Part shown: piece by piece, positions 10,286 to 23,357 of the stretch
Numbering within the stretch: position 1 is the first letter of the stretch
How the letters are laid out: every line of letters begins with the position of its first letter
Assembly: GCA_049840735.1 (NCBI GenBank)
Contig: JASGJN010000021.1
Location: 319,901-383,900, forward strand
Direction of reading: 5' to 3'
Source: Anaeromyxobacter sp.
GTDB lineage: Bacteria; Myxococcota; Myxococcia; Myxococcales; Anaeromyxobacteraceae
DNA: 64,000 nucleotides
The notes under the pieces: generated by a model
Databases searched by the model: none
The model's input: the letters and a program-made list of their open reading frames with translations, nothing else
Told to the model about the DNA's origin: nothing
Program-made: the position numbers and the translations under genes

Positions 10286-10686
10286 TCGTCCTCGACGCCT
10301 CGGCCGCGGTCGAGCTCCTCCTGAACACGCCGCTGGGCGAGAGGGTGGGAGAGCGACTCTCGGCAGATCGTGGTTCCCTGCACGCGCCCCAGCTGCTGGA
10401 TGTGGAGGTGCTGCACGTGCTTCGGCGGCTCTGCCTGGGGAAGGTGCTGCCCGAGCGCCGCGCAGGCCAGGCGCTCGAGGACCTCGCAGACCTTCCCCTC
10501 CTCCGTTGGTCGCACGAGGAGCTGATCGGACGAGCCTGGGGGCTGCGCACCTCGGTGACCGCGTACGATGCCATCTACCTGGCGCTCGCAGAGGCCCTGG
10601 GCGCAACGCTGGTCACGTGTGATGGCCGGCTCGGCCGTGCAAATGGCCACCGGGCCGAGGTGGAGGTGGTCGGGCTCGCCTCCTGA
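10282..10686 (+). CDS. vapC: VapC PIN-domain toxin
   Basis: IVLDASA, EV, YDAIYLALAE, LVTCD PIN acidic motifs. Confidence 0.9.
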   Translation: MIVLDASAAVELLLNTPLGERVGERLSADRGSLHAPQLLDVEVLHVLRRLCLGKVLPERRAGQALEDLADLPLLRWSHEELIGRAWGLRTSVTAYDAIYLALAEALGATLVTCDGRLGRANGHRAEVEVVGLAS

Positions 10687-10761
10687 CCACGACCGAACCA
10701 GTGCGGTGGAGGCGTTCACTGCGAGAGGCTGGCGAGGCGCTTGCACCGGAGCAGTGACGCC

Positions 10762-11496
10762 ATGCCAAACCCCCGCGCTGACGCCCCCTCCAGCTCACGC
10801 CACCTGGCGCTGTGTCTCGCCATCCTCTCGCTCGCCGTGTCCGTGCCGACGCGGGGGGACGAAGCGCCAGCAGCGGACCCGGAGTCCCGTCCGCTGGCGC
10901 AGGCGGCCGAACCAGGCGCCACGTACACCAGCCTCGAGGATTACCAGCGTTCGCTCCCGCCCGGCGCCAAGGTCGAGCTCTCCGCCACGGGCGACGCCAA
11001 CGGTGACGGGCGGAAGGATCTGCTCCTCGTTGTTGCGAGCGAGCCGCGCTGGCACCAGTTGGTCCTCTTTCAGCGCAGGGCAGATGGACGACTCGTGCCC
11101 GCCGTCGTCTCCAGCGCGCGTGACCTGGGCAGCAGCACCGGGTGGTACGGGATCGGGGGCCTGTGGGTCCAGCCGGGTCGGCTGGTGGTCCAGCTCTCGG
11201 CGGTCGACAACGGCGTGGGCCTGGTGGTGAAGCACCGCTTCCGCCGCCAGGGACGCGACTGGCTGCTCTCCGGGATCGAGGCGAGGCTCTTTCGGATGGG
11301 CGAGGACGATGGCTGGGAAGGCACGAGCTGTGACCTGGTCACCGGCGAGATCGTCCAGACCAGGAAGCACGGAAAGCGGCAGCGCGTCACGAGGAGCAAG
11401 CTGAAGCCGCAAGCTCGCCTCCCGCTCACCGCCTACGACTTCGACGGCGACGGCGTGAGCGCGCTCGCGAGCGCGTGCGAGCTGTACCGCGGGTGA
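10762..11496 (+). CDS. Hypothetical exported protein
   Basis: Signal-like N-terminus; GDANGDGRKDLLL FG-GAP-like motif. Confidence 0.6.
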   Translation: MPNPRADAPSSSRHLALCLAILSLAVSVPTRGDEAPAADPESRPLAQAAEPGATYTSLEDYQRSLPPGAKVELSATGDANGDGRKDLLLVVASEPRWHQLVLFQRRADGRLVPAVVSSARDLGSSTGWYGIGGLWVQPGRLVVQLSAVDNGVGLVVKHRFRRQGRDWLLSGIEARLFRMGEDDGWEGTSCDLVTGEIVQTRKHGKRQRVTRSKLKPQARLPLTAYDFDGDGVSALASACELYRG

Positions 11497-11502
11497 CCGC
11501 CG

Positions 11503-12159
11503 TCACGCCTCCGGCCGCACCCACGGCACGTCGCGCAGCGGCTCCCGGCTGGCCCGGGCCACCACGGCCGGCGGAACCCCCAGCGCCTGCAGGCACAACC
11601 CGACCACCTCGTCCGCGTACGCCGCGGGCACGTCTCCGTCCGCCAGCCGGAACAGCGCCTGCCGCAGCGCGCCGGTGACCACGTCCAGCGCCACGTCGAT
11701 GCGCCGGTAGCGGAACGCGCCCGCGGCGTGACCGGCCCGAAGGTCCCGGCGCAGCGGGTCGAGGTGCCCGAGCGCCCAGGTCCGGGCCACGAAGCGCGCC
11801 CAGCGCGGCTCGGCGCGGGCGCGGGCCAGGAAGAGGCGCAGCCCCAGGCTGACCCGGGCGGCGGGCGCGAGGTCGCGCGCCATGGCCTGGTCGATGGCCC
11901 GGACCGCGGAGCCGACCGTCCAGACCGAGGTGGCGGCGAGCAGCGCCGCGACGGTGGCGAAGTGGCTGTAGACCGTCCCGCGCGAGACCCCGGCGGCGCG
12001 GGCGAAGTCGTCGATGACCGGCGCGTCCGGCCCCTTCTCGGCGAAGACCTCCAGCGCGGCCTCCAGCAGGAGCGACCGCGTGCGCGAGCTGCGCGCCCGA
12101 CCCACGCGCACCCGGTGGTCGGTCCGGCGGGGCGAAGGCTCTCGGCGGCGGGTCTTCAT
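11503..12159 (-). CDS. TetR/AcrR family regulator
   Basis: LLEAALEVFAEKG...AGVSRGTVYSHF HTH; divergent from sulfatase. Confidence 0.9.
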   Translation of the reverse strand: MKTRRREPSPRRTDHRVRVGRARSSRTRSLLLEAALEVFAEKGPDAPVIDDFARAAGVSRGTVYSHFATVAALLAATSVWTVGSAVRAIDQAMARDLAPAARVSLGLRLFLARARAEPRWARFVARTWALGHLDPLRRDLRAGHAAGAFRYRRIDVALDVVTGALRQALFRLADGDVPAAYADEVVGLCLQALGVPPAVVARASREPLRDVPWVRPEA

Positions 12160-12326
12160 GACGGTCCTCCGGACCCATGCCGCAGGCCGTCGAGGTAGTC
12201 AAGCTGACGAAAACGTCAGTTCGACCTGCGATTGGCTTGCGGGGGTCGCCGGCGGGGTTAGGGAGAAGGATCCGGGCGCCAGGCGCTGGAGCGCAGCGCC
12301 ACCCATACCCGAGCGACGGAGCGGAC

Positions 12327-14135
12327 ATGGCCGAGCACGACGGAAGGTCCGGCAGCACGCGGCGGCAGTTCATGCAGGCGGCCGGGCTGGGCGCGCTGGC
12401 GCTGGGGCTGGGCGGCGCCGCTCCAGCGGATGCGTCGGCGCACGGCAAGCCCACCGGCGGAAAGGCCGGACCCGGTCCGGCCACCGCACCCGGCCAGCCG
12501 TACAACATCCTGTTCCTGCTCACCGACCAGGAGCGGTTCTTCCGCAAGGGCGAGCTGCCGCCGGGCTTCAGCCTCCCGGCCCACGAGCGGCTGGCGAAGC
12601 GCGGAGTGACCTTCGCGAACCACCGCATCAACTCCTGCGTCTGCACCCCCTCGCGCTCGGTGCTCTACACCGGGCGGCACATCCAGCAGACGCGGATGTT
12701 CGACAACACGAACTTCCCCTGGATCGACAGCCTCGCCCCCGACGTCCGGACGGTGGGCCACCTGCTGCGCGAGGCCGGCTACTACACCGCCTACAAGGGC
12801 AAGTGGCACCTCACCAAGGAGTTCGAGACCGTCAACGAGCTGGGGACGCCGACCCGGATCTTCACCAAGGAGATGGAGGGCTACGGCTTCTCCGACTACG
12901 TCGGCATCGGCGACATCATCGCCCACGTGCAGGGCGGGTGGCTCCACGACGGCATCACCTCGGCCATGGCGGGGAGCTGGCTGCGCGGGAAGGGGCGGGA
13001 GCTGGGCGCGGCCGGCAAGCCCTGGTTCCTGGCGGTGAACCTGGTCAACCCGCACGACGTGATGTTCTTCGACACCGACGCGCCGGGCACGCCGCTGCGC
13101 GAGGCGCAGGGGCTGTCCCCGCTGGCGCGGGCGCCGCTGGACCCGCTCTACGCGAAGCGCTGGCCGTACGCGGCGCCCCGGAACCACGCCCAGGCGCTGG
13201 ACGCGCCCGGCCGCCCGCGCGCCCACGCCGACTTCCTCCGCTCGCACGACGCGCTGGTGGGCCCCATCGCCGACGAGCCCGAGCGCTGGCAGCGGCGGCA
13301 CGACTACTACCTGAACTGCCTGCGCGACGCCGACCGGAACATCGGCGCGGTGCTGGACGAGCTGGAGCGGTCGGGCCAGGCGGATCGCACCATCGTGGTC
13401 CTCACCGCCGATCACGGCGACCTGGACGGCGCCCACCGGCTCCACGCCAAGGGCGCCACCGCCTACCGGGAGCAGAACCACGTCCCGCTCATCGTGGCCC
13501 ACCCGGCCTTCGCCGGCGGGAAGACCTGCCGGGCGCTCACCTCGCAGCTCGACCTGGCCCCGACGCTGCTGGCCTTCACCGGCGCCGCCCCGGAGCGCCG
13601 CCAGGCCATCGGGAAGGACCTGCCGGGGAAGGACTTCTCCGGCGTGCTGGCCGCGCCGGAGCAGGCTGGCGTGGACGCGGTCCGCGGGGCGGCGCTCTTC
13701 AACTACAACATGTTCGCCTACGTGGACGGTGACTACCTGATGAAGGCGGTCCAGCACCTCCGCGCGGGCGGCAAGCCCAAGGAGCTGAAGGCGGACGGGA
13801 TTGTCCCGGACCTCTCCCGCCGCGGCGCGATGCGCTCGGTTTTCGACGGCCGCCACGTCTTCACCCGCTACTTCTCGCCGAAGCAGCACAACCGGCCCAC
13901 CACGCTGGAGACGCTCACCGCGCTCAACGACCTGGAGCTGTTCGACACCCAGGCCGATCCGCTGGAGCTGACCAACCTAGCGGCATCGCCCAGGCCGCCC
14001 ACCGAGCTGCTGCTGGCCATGAACGACAACCTCAACGAGCTGATCGACCTGGAGGTGGGCGAGGACCGCGGCCAGATGCTGCCCGGCGGGATCGAGGCCG
14101 GCTGGGAGGTCACGCCGGAGACCATGGCGCCCTGA
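12327..14135 (+). CDS. Tat-exported sulfatase
   Basis: TRRQFM Tat motif; TDQE, CTPSR formylglycine motif, GKWHL, TADHG. Confidence 0.9.
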   Translation: MAEHDGRSGSTRRQFMQAAGLGALALGLGGAAPADASAHGKPTGGKAGPGPATAPGQPYNILFLLTDQERFFRKGELPPGFSLPAHERLAKRGVTFANHRINSCVCTPSRSVLYTGRHIQQTRMFDNTNFPWIDSLAPDVRTVGHLLREAGYYTAYKGKWHLTKEFETVNELGTPTRIFTKEMEGYGFSDYVGIGDIIAHVQGGWLHDGITSAMAGSWLRGKGRELGAAGKPWFLAVNLVNPHDVMFFDTDAPGTPLREAQGLSPLARAPLDPLYAKRWPYAAPRNHAQALDAPGRPRAHADFLRSHDALVGPIADEPERWQRRHDYYLNCLRDADRNIGAVLDELERSGQADRTIVVLTADHGDLDGAHRLHAKGATAYREQNHVPLIVAHPAFAGGKTCRALTSQLDLAPTLLAFTGAAPERRQAIGKDLPGKDFSGVLAAPEQAGVDAVRGAALFNYNMFAYVDGDYLMKAVQHLRAGGKPKELKADGIVPDLSRRGAMRSVFDGRHVFTRYFSPKQHNRPTTLETLTALNDLELFDTQADPLELTNLAASPRPPTELLLAMNDNLNELIDLEVGEDRGQMLPGGIEAGWEVTPETMAP

Positions 14136-14216
14136 GTCTCGAGCGAATCGGGACAGCGGGCGGGCCTCGGCCCGAACGGTCTGGCCAGTGGGCCGCGGGC
14201 CTCCGAGCCGGGCCCC

Positions 14217-15249
14217 TCACCCCGCCCGCTGGCCCTCGTCCGCGGCGGCGCGCTCGGCGCGGGCCACGGCGGCCACCAGCCGGTCGCGCACGTCGTCGGG
14301 GACTCCGCAGAACTCGAGCTGCAGGCGGTGGCGCTGGTCCTTCGGCTCGGCCGAGAGCACCACCGCGCGCAGCCCCTGGAAGCGCTCGCCGCCGACGGCG
14401 AAGTCGGTCTCGGTCAGGCTGCCCACCGCCAGCGGGGCCCGGGCCGAGACGCGCGCGCCGCCGGCGCTCACGTCCTGCAGCGCGCCCTGCACGACGCGGC
14501 GCGGGGCGCCGGCGGGCCAGGGGCCCAGCGGCTGCAGCACGATCAGCGCGCGGGCGGGGGCGCGGGCCCAGGCGCGGCGCTGGAATCCGGCGCGGCGCCT
14601 CGTCGTGGGCGAGCACCAGGTGCTGCTCGCCCTCCGCGCCCGGCCCGGCCTGCAGCACCAGGCAGGAGAGCGCGTAGCGCGCCTCGCGGGCGTGGGCCAG
14701 GCCCAGCTCCAGCGTGGCGCCCGCCGCCAGCGTGGCCGGCGCCCGTAGCTCAATCGTCCAGGCGCGCTCGTCCACCGCGCTCACCTCGCCGTGGCCGCCC
14801 ACCGCCTCCACCGCCGTGCCGGGCGGCAGCTCGCGCGAGCTGAGCAGCGGGGTGTGGGCCGGCAGCCGGTCGAAGCCGAGCAGGTGACGGATCTCGCGCA
14901 GCGCAGCGGCCAGGTCGTTGCCGCCGCCGGGCGGGTGCGCGGCCAGCCAGCGGACCGTCACCGCCTCGAAGAGCTCGTAGTGCGAGAGCAGCCGCCGCCG
15001 GTCCACCGGGCCGGCCCCGGTCCCCTCCTGGGCAAGCGCGGTGAGCAGCTCCTGGTGCTGGGCGGAGAGCCCGCGCTGCGCCGCCTCGCGCTGGAAGGCC
15101 GAGCTGAACGCGCTCCGCCGGCGCACCAGCGACACCACCTGCACCAGCGCCAGGGCGCCGAGCAGGACGAGGATGGCCACCTGGACCGCGCCGGCGTGGC
15201 TGCGGTTCTCGGCGAACTCCCGGGCCACCGACTGGAAGAACTCCTCCAC
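14217..15249 (-). CDS. Membrane-anchored PilZ-domain protein (frameshift ~14587)
   Basis: N-terminal TM; QRRAWAR and DVSAGG PilZ motifs in second frame. Confidence 0.75.
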
Positions 15250-15301
15250 GCCCCGAGCATACGCCCGGCGGGGCGGGAGGGAAGCAGCGCGGGCGGGTGC
15301 C

Positions 15302-16312
15302 CTACCGCTCTCGCGACGCCAGCATCCCGCAGGCCGCGTGCCGGTCCTGCCCGCCGGAGTAGCGGCGGACGATGGGCTGCCCCGGCAGCTCGCGCGCCAG
15401 CGCGTCGCGGAAGGTGTTCCACTCGGCCTCGGTGGGCGGCCGGTAGCGGCCGGAGGCGTCGTTGACCGAGATGGGGTTCAGGCGGACCGGGATGCCGCGC
15501 AGCACCTGGCCGAGCGCGGCGGCGTCCTCCGGCCCGATGTTCACGCCGGCGATCATCACGTACTCGACCGTCACGCGCCCGGTCACGGCGGCGTGCTCGC
15601 GGATGGCGTCCACCAGCTCGTCCATGGGGAAGCCCTGATCGACCGGCATGAGGGCGCGGCGCTTCCAGGGGATGGCGGCGTTGAGCGAGACGCAGAGCCG
15701 GAACTTGTGCTGCTCGGCGGTGTAGCGCCGGATCATGGGCACGATGCCGGCGGTGGAGATGGAGATGCGGCGCGCGTCGATGCGGCAGCCGGCCGGATCG
15801 CAGAGCGCGTAGGCGGCCTCGATCACCTGGTCGTAGTTGAGGAAGGGCTCGCCCTGCCCCATGAACACCACGCCCGTGATCGGGCGGCTGGAGTCCGCCC
15901 GGACGTGCAGCAGCTGATGGACGATCTCCCAGCTCTTGAGCGACCGGGTCAGCCCCATGGTGCCCGTGGCGCAGAAGGCGCACGCCAGCGCGCAGCCGGC
16001 CTGCGAGGAGAGGCAGACCACGTGGTGGGTGTCGTAGAGCGGGATGCGGACCGTCTCGATGCGGGCGCCGTCCGGCAGGGCGAAGAGGTACTTGCGGAAG
16101 CCGTCGGCGGCGTCCACCACGTCCACCTGCCGGAGCTCCCCCGGAGTGAGCAGGGCCTCGACCTGGTCCAGGACCTCGCGCCGGACGTTGCGGGCGGCGC
16201 GCAGCGGCTGGCCCCGGCCGATCACCGCGCCGCAGATGCGGCGGGCGTCGTCCAGGGAGATGCCAGCCTTGCGGGCCAGCGCGCGGCTGTCCTGTCCGGC
16301 GAGATGGAGCAC
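15302..16312 (-). CDS. RlmN/Cfr-family radical SAM RNA methyltransferase-like protein
   Basis: [30 protein letters not shown]-terminal AACGML. Confidence 0.85.
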   Translation of the reverse strand: MLHLAGQDSRALARKAGISLDDARRICGAVIGRGQPLRAARNVRREVLDQVEALLTPGELRQVDVVDAADGFRKYLFALPDGARIETVRIPLYDTHHVVCLSSQAGCALACAFCATGTMGLTRSLKSWEIVHQLLHVRADSSRPITGVVFMGQGEPFLNYDQVIEAAYALCDPAGCRIDARRISISTAGIVPMIRRYTAEQHKFRLCVSLNAAIPWKRRALMPVDQGFPMDELVDAIREHAAVTGRVTVEYVMIAGVNIGPEDAAALGQVLRGIPVRLNPISVNDASGRYRPPTEAEWNTFRDALARELPGQPIVRRYSGGQDRHAACGMLASRER

Positions 16313-16340
16313 GGCGGCCAGATAGCATAAGTTTGGGCCG

Positions 16341-16787
16341 ATGAAAGCACTCGTCCTTCCTTGCGTGCTGCTCCTCGCCGGGTGCGTGGTGTACGAGGCG
16401 CCGCCACCTCCCCGCCCGGTCTACACCCCGCCGCCCCAGCCCGCGGCGCCCCGCGTCATCTCCCAGCAGCAGGCCGTGGACATCGGCTTCCGCCTGGCCG
16501 AGGACCGCGGGCTCAAGGTCAGCGCCGTGCATCACGTCCACCTGGACTCCTCCGGACGCTGGCACGTGGACCTGCGCGGCGAGGACCGGGCGCTGATGCT
16601 GCTCGACGGCCGGGACGGGAAGATGCTGAAGGGGCACTTCAAGGACGCGGGGAACGCCGCTGAGCCGCCGCCTGGGCCGGGGCAGCCGCAGCAGACGCCG
16701 CCGCCGCCGCCCCAGCAGCAGCAGGGCCCGCAGGACCAGTCGGCGCCGCCGCCGGAGACGCCGGACGACTTCGAGCTGGAAGGCTAA
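16341..16787 (+). CDS. Proline-rich lipoprotein
   Basis: Lipobox LLAGC; PepSY-like middle segment. Confidence 0.7.
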   Translation: MKALVLPCVLLLAGCVVYEAPPPPRPVYTPPPQPAAPRVISQQQAVDIGFRLAEDRGLKVSAVHHVHLDSSGRWHVDLRGEDRALMLLDGRDGKMLKGHFKDAGNAAEPPPGPGQPQQTPPPPPQQQQGPQDQSAPPPETPDDFELEG

Positions 16788-17356
16788 GCGCCGGACCGGA
16801 TCACCGGCCCGCTCACCCACTCGCTCCCGGCCAGCGCGTAGCGCCAGGGCCGCTCCGCCCACGGCCCCGCGTAGGCCACGTTCACGCGCGGGCCGGTCAC
16901 CACCCGCCCGGCGCGCGGCGCGTCCTCCACGAACAGGTCGTCGCCGCACAGGTCGCGGCCGTTGTCGTGCTCGCGCCGGATCGCCAGCGCGCGGCACAGG
17001 TTGCCCGGCCCGCGCGTCGAGTGCAGGCACCCCTCCAGCGGCTCGGCGGCGCGGATCAGCACCGCCGACGGGAATCCCTCCGGCCCGGTGACCACGTTCA
17101 TGCAGTGGCTCCGGCCGTAGATCAGGTAGACGTAGGCCACCCCGGGCGGCCCGAACATGATGGTGGCCCGCGGCGTGGGCCCGGCCCGGGCGTGCGAGGC
17201 CTGGTCGCCCGGGCCGTGGTAGGCCTCGGTCTCGACGATGCGCGCAGCCCGCCGTACGCCGCCCTCCAGGTGGACCAGCACCTTGCCGATCAGCTCGCGC
17301 GCCACCCGCCGCGTGTCGCGGGCGTAGAACGACCTGTCCAGCTTCGGAGCGCTCAC
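16784..17356 (-). CDS. DNA-3-methyladenine glycosylase (MPG/AAG family)
   Basis: [37 protein letters not shown]. Confidence 0.9.
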   Translation of the reverse strand: MSAPKLDRSFYARDTRRVARELIGKVLVHLEGGVRRAARIVETEAYHGPGDQASHARAGPTPRATIMFGPPGVAYVYLIYGRSHCMNVVTGPEGFPSAVLIRAAEPLEGCLHSTRGPGNLCRALAIRREHDNGRDLCGDDLFVEDAPRAGRVVTGPRVNVAYAGPWAERPWRYALAGSEWVSGPVIRSGA

Positions 17357-17452
17357 GTCGCGGCGACGGTACCGTGCGGGTGGCGCAGCGGCAACGCCAC
17401 CCGCGAGGGCATGACGCCTCCGGCACTCCCTCCGGTTACCTTGGCCTGGATC

Positions 17453-18160
17453 GTGCGCTCCCTGGCGCTCACCCTGCTGCTGCTCCTGCCCGCCGCCGCC
17501 CTGGCCGCGCAGGAGACGCCCGCGCCACCCGCCGAGCCCGCTCCGGCTTCGCCGCCCCCCCAGCCCGCTCCGGCCGCGCCGCCCGCTCCGGCCGCGAGCG
17601 ACGCCGACGACTTCGAGCCGGATCGCCCGGCCCGCTCCATCGCGCTCGGCCCGGTGCCGGACGGCCACGTCAACCTCACGCTCGAGGGTGGCTGGCTCCG
17701 GAGCGGCATCCGGGCCGACATCGGCCTGCTGGCCTCCTTCGACCTGGTGCTGCGCGCCGACGCCATGCTGCTCTACGACCAGCTGGACGGGCAGACCGGC
17801 CTGCACGGCGGGCTGCGGGTGACCCCCTTCGACGACGGCGCGGTGCGCCTCTCGCTGGAGGTCTTCTACGGCCAGATCTTCGTCCCCACCGCCCACGCCA
17901 GCACCAACGTGGACGAGCTCGGCGGCGAGCTGGTGGCCGGCACGGTGCTGGACTGGGCCACCTTCTACGGCCGCGTGCAGATCCGCGGCCTCCACTCGCG
18001 CGTCGAGTCGGCGCGGCTCTCGCTGCGCGAGTCCGAGGTGGGCTTCGGCGCCGAGCGGGCGCTGGGCAAGGTGCTGGTGGGCGCCGAAGGGTTCATCTGG
18101 GGCCGCCCGGATCACACCGGGATGGGCGGCTGGAGGCTCCGTGTCGCGTATGCGTTCTAG
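17453..18160 (+). CDS. Hypothetical exported/outer-membrane protein
   Basis: Signal peptide, Pro/Ala linker, beta-strand pattern ending YAF. Confidence 0.65.
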   Translation: MRSLALTLLLLLPAAALAAQETPAPPAEPAPASPPPQPAPAAPPAPAASDADDFEPDRPARSIALGPVPDGHVNLTLEGGWLRSGIRADIGLLASFDLVLRADAMLLYDQLDGQTGLHGGLRVTPFDDGAVRLSLEVFYGQIFVPTAHASTNVDELGGELVAGTVLDWATFYGRVQIRGLHSRVESARLSLRESEVGFGAERALGKVLVGAEGFIWGRPDHTGMGGWRLRVAYAF

Positions 18161-18920
18161 CCCCCGGCTGCTGGCCACGCTGGCCCTCGCGCTCGCCGCC
18201 GCCTGCAGCAAGCGCGACGTGGAGACCCGCCCCTTCCGCCTGGTCGCCACGCTGCCGGACGGCCAGTCGCTCTCCACGCTGTCCGCTTCACCCACGGTGA
18301 TCCAGCTGCTCGGCGTCGGGAAGGTGGACGCGCCCGACCGCCTGGTGCTGCAGGGCGCGCGGCTCCAGCGGGCGGAAGGCGAGCAGGCGCTCGGCGACGT
18401 CACCTTCTCCTTCGACCGGACCGTCGCGCCCTTGATCGCCATCCCCGAGCGGCTGGACGAGCAGCCCCTGGTGGTGGAGGTCGGGCTGCGCCCGGAGGGC
18501 TTCGGCCCCAAGCTCGAGCCGCTCGACATCACCGGCTTTCGTATCGCCACCGGCCTGCTGGCCCCCACCTACGAGTTCATGATCGGAGAGGGGACCGTGG
18601 AGGCGCCGGGCGGAGAGGCCGAGCTGCCGGCGCCGCTCTACTTCCTCAGCGGCTCGGAGGACATCCCGTCGCTGGCGGTGCGCCAGGACCTGCTCGACTA
18701 CGAGCCGGCCGAGTGCGGGCTCGTCTACCTGGACGTGCTGGCGGTGGGAGACCAGGGCGGCAGCCCGGACATCGCGGCGCTTCGCCGCGGGGCTGTGCAC
18801 CTGGTCGCAGTGGGACAGCGTGCAGATCCCTGGATCGTCTTGCATGTGCTCTCCTGGCACAGGCAGGGCACGTGCTCTGGACAGGCATCTGTCTGGACTC
18901 AGATCGCTGCCTGGCGATAG
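18150..18920 (+). CDS. Hypothetical lipoprotein
   Basis: Lipobox LAAAC; overlaps upstream gene. Confidence 0.65.
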   Translation: MRSSPRLLATLALALAAACSKRDVETRPFRLVATLPDGQSLSTLSASPTVIQLLGVGKVDAPDRLVLQGARLQRAEGEQALGDVTFSFDRTVAPLIAIPERLDEQPLVVEVGLRPEGFGPKLEPLDITGFRIATGLLAPTYEFMIGEGTVEAPGGEAELPAPLYFLSGSEDIPSLAVRQDLLDYEPAECGLVYLDVLAVGDQGGSPDIAALRRGAVHLVAVGQRADPWIVLHVLSWHRQGTCSGQASVWTQIAAWR

Positions 18921-18932
18921 AAAGGCGCCTTC

Positions 18933-20405
<1,473 letters not shown>

Positions 20406-20486
20406 CCCCCAGGGCCCACGCCTGGTGGGGCGGTCTGCCCGATCCTGTCAGGGCGTGACCCGGCGCCCGGGTTATAAGCCCGGGTC

Positions 20487-21671
20487 ATGGACATCCGCGC
20501 CCTGCAGCAGTCCCTGACGGAGCAGCAGCTCGACGCCTGGCTCCTCTACGACTTCCACGGCCAGAACCCCACCGCGCTGACCGCGCTGGGGCTGCACGGC
20601 CACATGCTGACCCGCCGCTGGTGCTACCTGGTCCCGCGGCAGGGGACGCCGGTGGCGCTGGTCCACGCCATCGAGACCGGCTCCTTCCCCAAGGACATCC
20701 CCGGCGGCCGGCGCTCCTACGCCTCCTGGCAGTCCTTCCGCGGCGCGCTCTCCGAGTTGCTGGGCGGGCTCGGCCCCAAGCCCAAGGTGGCCATGGAGTA
20801 CTGCCCCGAGGGCGCCATCCCCTACCTCTCGCGCGTGGACGCCGGCACGCTGGAGCTGATCCGCGGCTTCGGCGTGGAGGTGCACTCCTCCGCCGAGCTG
20901 GTGCAGCGCTTCCTCTGCCGCTGGGACCTGGCGCAGGTGGAGAGCCACAAGCGCGCGCTGGACGGCATCGACGCGGCCAAGGACGCGGCCTTCGCCTGGA
21001 TCGGCGGCGCGCACCGCCGCGGGGAGACGCCGCTCGAGACCGAGGTCCAGAAGTTCCTGATGGACCGGTTCGCCGAGGAGGACCTCGAGACCGATCACCC
21101 GCCCATCGTGGCGGTGAACGGCCACGCCGGCGATCCCCACTACGCGCCCTCCGACGCCACCCCCACGCCCATCAAGCCGGGCGACCTGGTGCTGATCGAC
21201 CTGTGGGCCCGCGGGAAGGGGCCGCGCGACGTGTACGCCGACATCACCTGGTGCGGCTTCTGCGGCGACCACCCGCCCGCCAAGCTGAAGGAGATCTGGA
21301 AGGTCACCACCGAGGCGCGCGACGTCGGGCTGGCCACGGTGGAGAAGGCCTTCCGCGAGGGGCGGGCGCTGGCCGGCTGGGAGGTGGACCGCGCCGTGCG
21401 CGATCACATCACCGCGGCCGGTTACGGCGATCGGTTCGTGCACCGCACCGGCCACTCCATCGGCGGCAACGTCCACGGCGACGGCGCCAACCTCGACGAC
21501 CTCGAGACGCACGACACCCGCCGGCTCATCCCCGGCCTGGCCTTCTCCATCGAGCCGGGCATCTACCTCGCGGACGAGGGCCTGGGCGTGCGCAGCGAGA
21601 TCGACGTCTTCCTGGCGGCGGACGGCCCCAAGGTCTTCGCCAAGATCCAGAAGGACCTGGTCCGGATCTGA
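20487..21671 (+). CDS. Xaa-Pro aminopeptidase (M24 family)
   Basis: DPHY, IDLW, ADIT, HRTGHSIG, SIEPGIY, VRSE motifs. Confidence 0.9.
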   Translation: MDIRALQQSLTEQQLDAWLLYDFHGQNPTALTALGLHGHMLTRRWCYLVPRQGTPVALVHAIETGSFPKDIPGGRRSYASWQSFRGALSELLGGLGPKPKVAMEYCPEGAIPYLSRVDAGTLELIRGFGVEVHSSAELVQRFLCRWDLAQVESHKRALDGIDAAKDAAFAWIGGAHRRGETPLETEVQKFLMDRFAEEDLETDHPPIVAVNGHAGDPHYAPSDATPTPIKPGDLVLIDLWARGKGPRDVYADITWCGFCGDHPPAKLKEIWKVTTEARDVGLATVEKAFREGRALAGWEVDRAVRDHITAAGYGDRFVHRTGHSIGGNVHGDGANLDDLETHDTRRLIPGLAFSIEPGIYLADEGLGVRSEIDVFLAADGPKVFAKIQKDLVRI

Positions 21672-21699
21672 TCCCGCCGCCGATCCACCGGGCCCCGCC

Positions 21700-23190
21700 G
21701 TGAGCGCGTCGTTCCCAGGCCTGCCGCCCCCGCCGCCGCCCAGCGAGCCGGTGGTGGCGGCGGCGGTGGTGCTCCACCGCGACGGGCCCGAGGGGCGCGA
21801 GGTGGTGCTGGTGCGGCGCGGGAAGGACCTGCGCTTCGCCGGCGGCTGGCACGCCTTCCCGGGCGGCCGGCTGGATCCGCCCGACGCGGCCGTGCCGGTG
21901 TGGGGGCTCTCCGGCCAGGCCGCCGCGCTGGCCGCCTGCGCGGTGCGCGAGGTGTTCGAGGAGACCGGCGTGCTGCTGGCGCGCGGCGCCGAGCGGGTCG
22001 GGCCGGAGGCTCGGCGCGAGGCGCGGCGGGCGCTGCTGGACGGGACGCTGGACCTGGCCGGGCTGCTCTCGGCCCACGGCCTGGCCGTCGATCCGGCGCG
22101 GCTCACCCCGGCCGGCCGCTGGATCACCCCCGAGCACCTGCCGCTCCGCTACGACGCGCGCGTCTTCCTGGCGGCGCTGCCGCCGGGCGAGGTGCCGGAG
22201 ATCTGGCCGGGCGAGCTGGCCGACGGCGGGCTCATCCCGGCGAGCCGCGCGCTGGAGCGGTGGGAGCGCGGCGAGGTGCTGCTCCACCCGCCCAACCTGA
22301 ACGCGCTGCGGGTGCTGGCCCGCCCCGGCGCCATCGACCTCGAGAAGCTGCGCTCGCCCCCGCACGTCCAGGCCGGCGTGGGCAGCCGGATGGAGTTCCA
22401 GGGCGGCTTCTTCCTGGCGCCGCTGCGCACGCCCACGCTCCCGCCCGCCGCGCACACCAACGCCTGGCTGGTGCCGTTCCAGGACGGCCTGGCGGTGGTG
22501 GACCCCGGCGCCTGGGATGCGGACGAGCAGGAGCGGCTCTTCGCGCTGGTGGACGGGCTGGCCGGGGAGGGGCGGCCGCTGCGGGCGGTCTGGCTGACGC
22601 ACGGCCACCCCGACCACGTGGGCGCGGTGGCGGCGGTGGCGGCCCGCTACGGCGTGCCGGTGAAGGGCCACCCGCTGGTCGCCGCCCGCCTGCCGGAGCC
22701 GGTGGCGGTGGAGCCGCTGGCCGACGGCGACCGGCTGGGCCGGTTCCGCGTGCTGGCCACCCCCGGCCACGCCCGCGAGCACCTGGCCTTCCTCGACGAG
22801 GAGACCGGCGCGCTGCTGGCCGGTGACATGGTCAGCACGCTCTCCACCATCGTGATCGATCCGGCCGAGGGCGACATGGCCGAGTACATGCGGCAGCTGG
22901 CCCGGCTGCGCGACCTGGGCCCGCGCACGCTCTACCCGGCCCACGGGCCCCCGGCGCCGGACGCCGCCGCCCGGCTGGACGGCTACCTGGAGCACCGCCT
23001 GGCCCGCGAGCGGCTGGTGCGCGAGGCGCTCGTCACGTCCGGGACCCTGGAGGCGGTGACCGCCCGGGCCTACGCCGACACGCCGCCGGTGCTGCACCCG
23101 CTGGCTGCCCGGAGCTGCCTGGCCTCGCTGCTGAAGCTGCAGGCGGAGGGGGTGGCGCGGGAGCAGGGCGGCGCCTGGTCGCTCGCCTGA
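21700..23190 (+). CDS. NUDIX hydrolase - metallo-beta-lactamase fusion
   Basis: FPGG...AVREVFEETG Nudix box; THGHPDH, TPGH, AGD, PAHG MBL motifs. Confidence 0.88.
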   Translation: MSASFPGLPPPPPPSEPVVAAAVVLHRDGPEGREVVLVRRGKDLRFAGGWHAFPGGRLDPPDAAVPVWGLSGQAAALAACAVREVFEETGVLLARGAERVGPEARREARRALLDGTLDLAGLLSAHGLAVDPARLTPAGRWITPEHLPLRYDARVFLAALPPGEVPEIWPGELADGGLIPASRALERWERGEVLLHPPNLNALRVLARPGAIDLEKLRSPPHVQAGVGSRMEFQGGFFLAPLRTPTLPPAAHTNAWLVPFQDGLAVVDPGAWDADEQERLFALVDGLAGEGRPLRAVWLTHGHPDHVGAVAAVAARYGVPVKGHPLVAARLPEPVAVEPLADGDRLGRFRVLATPGHAREHLAFLDEETGALLAGDMVSTLSTIVIDPAEGDMAEYMRQLARLRDLGPRTLYPAHGPPAPDAAARLDGYLEHRLARERLVREALVTSGTLEAVTARAYADTPPVLHPLAARSCLASLLKLQAEGVAREQGGAWSLA

Positions 23191-23329
23191 TCTGCGCCGA
23201 TGTGGGCGTGCGGAGACACGCCCGGTGTATCGGAAAGTCGACGCCGGTGCCGGATTCCCACGCCCCTTGGCGGGGTGCACCGAGGGCTCACTCCTGCTAA
23301 ACACAGGATATTCCCCTGCGCCGCACCTG

Positions 23330-23345
23330 GGGTACGGGCGTTGCA
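23330..23345 (+). promoter_or_regulatory. Putative sigma54 promoter
   Basis: GGGTACG-GGCG-TTGCA (GG-N10-GC) just upstream of ATG 23358. Confidence 0.5.
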
Positions 23346-23357
23346 CCCAGCGCTCGC

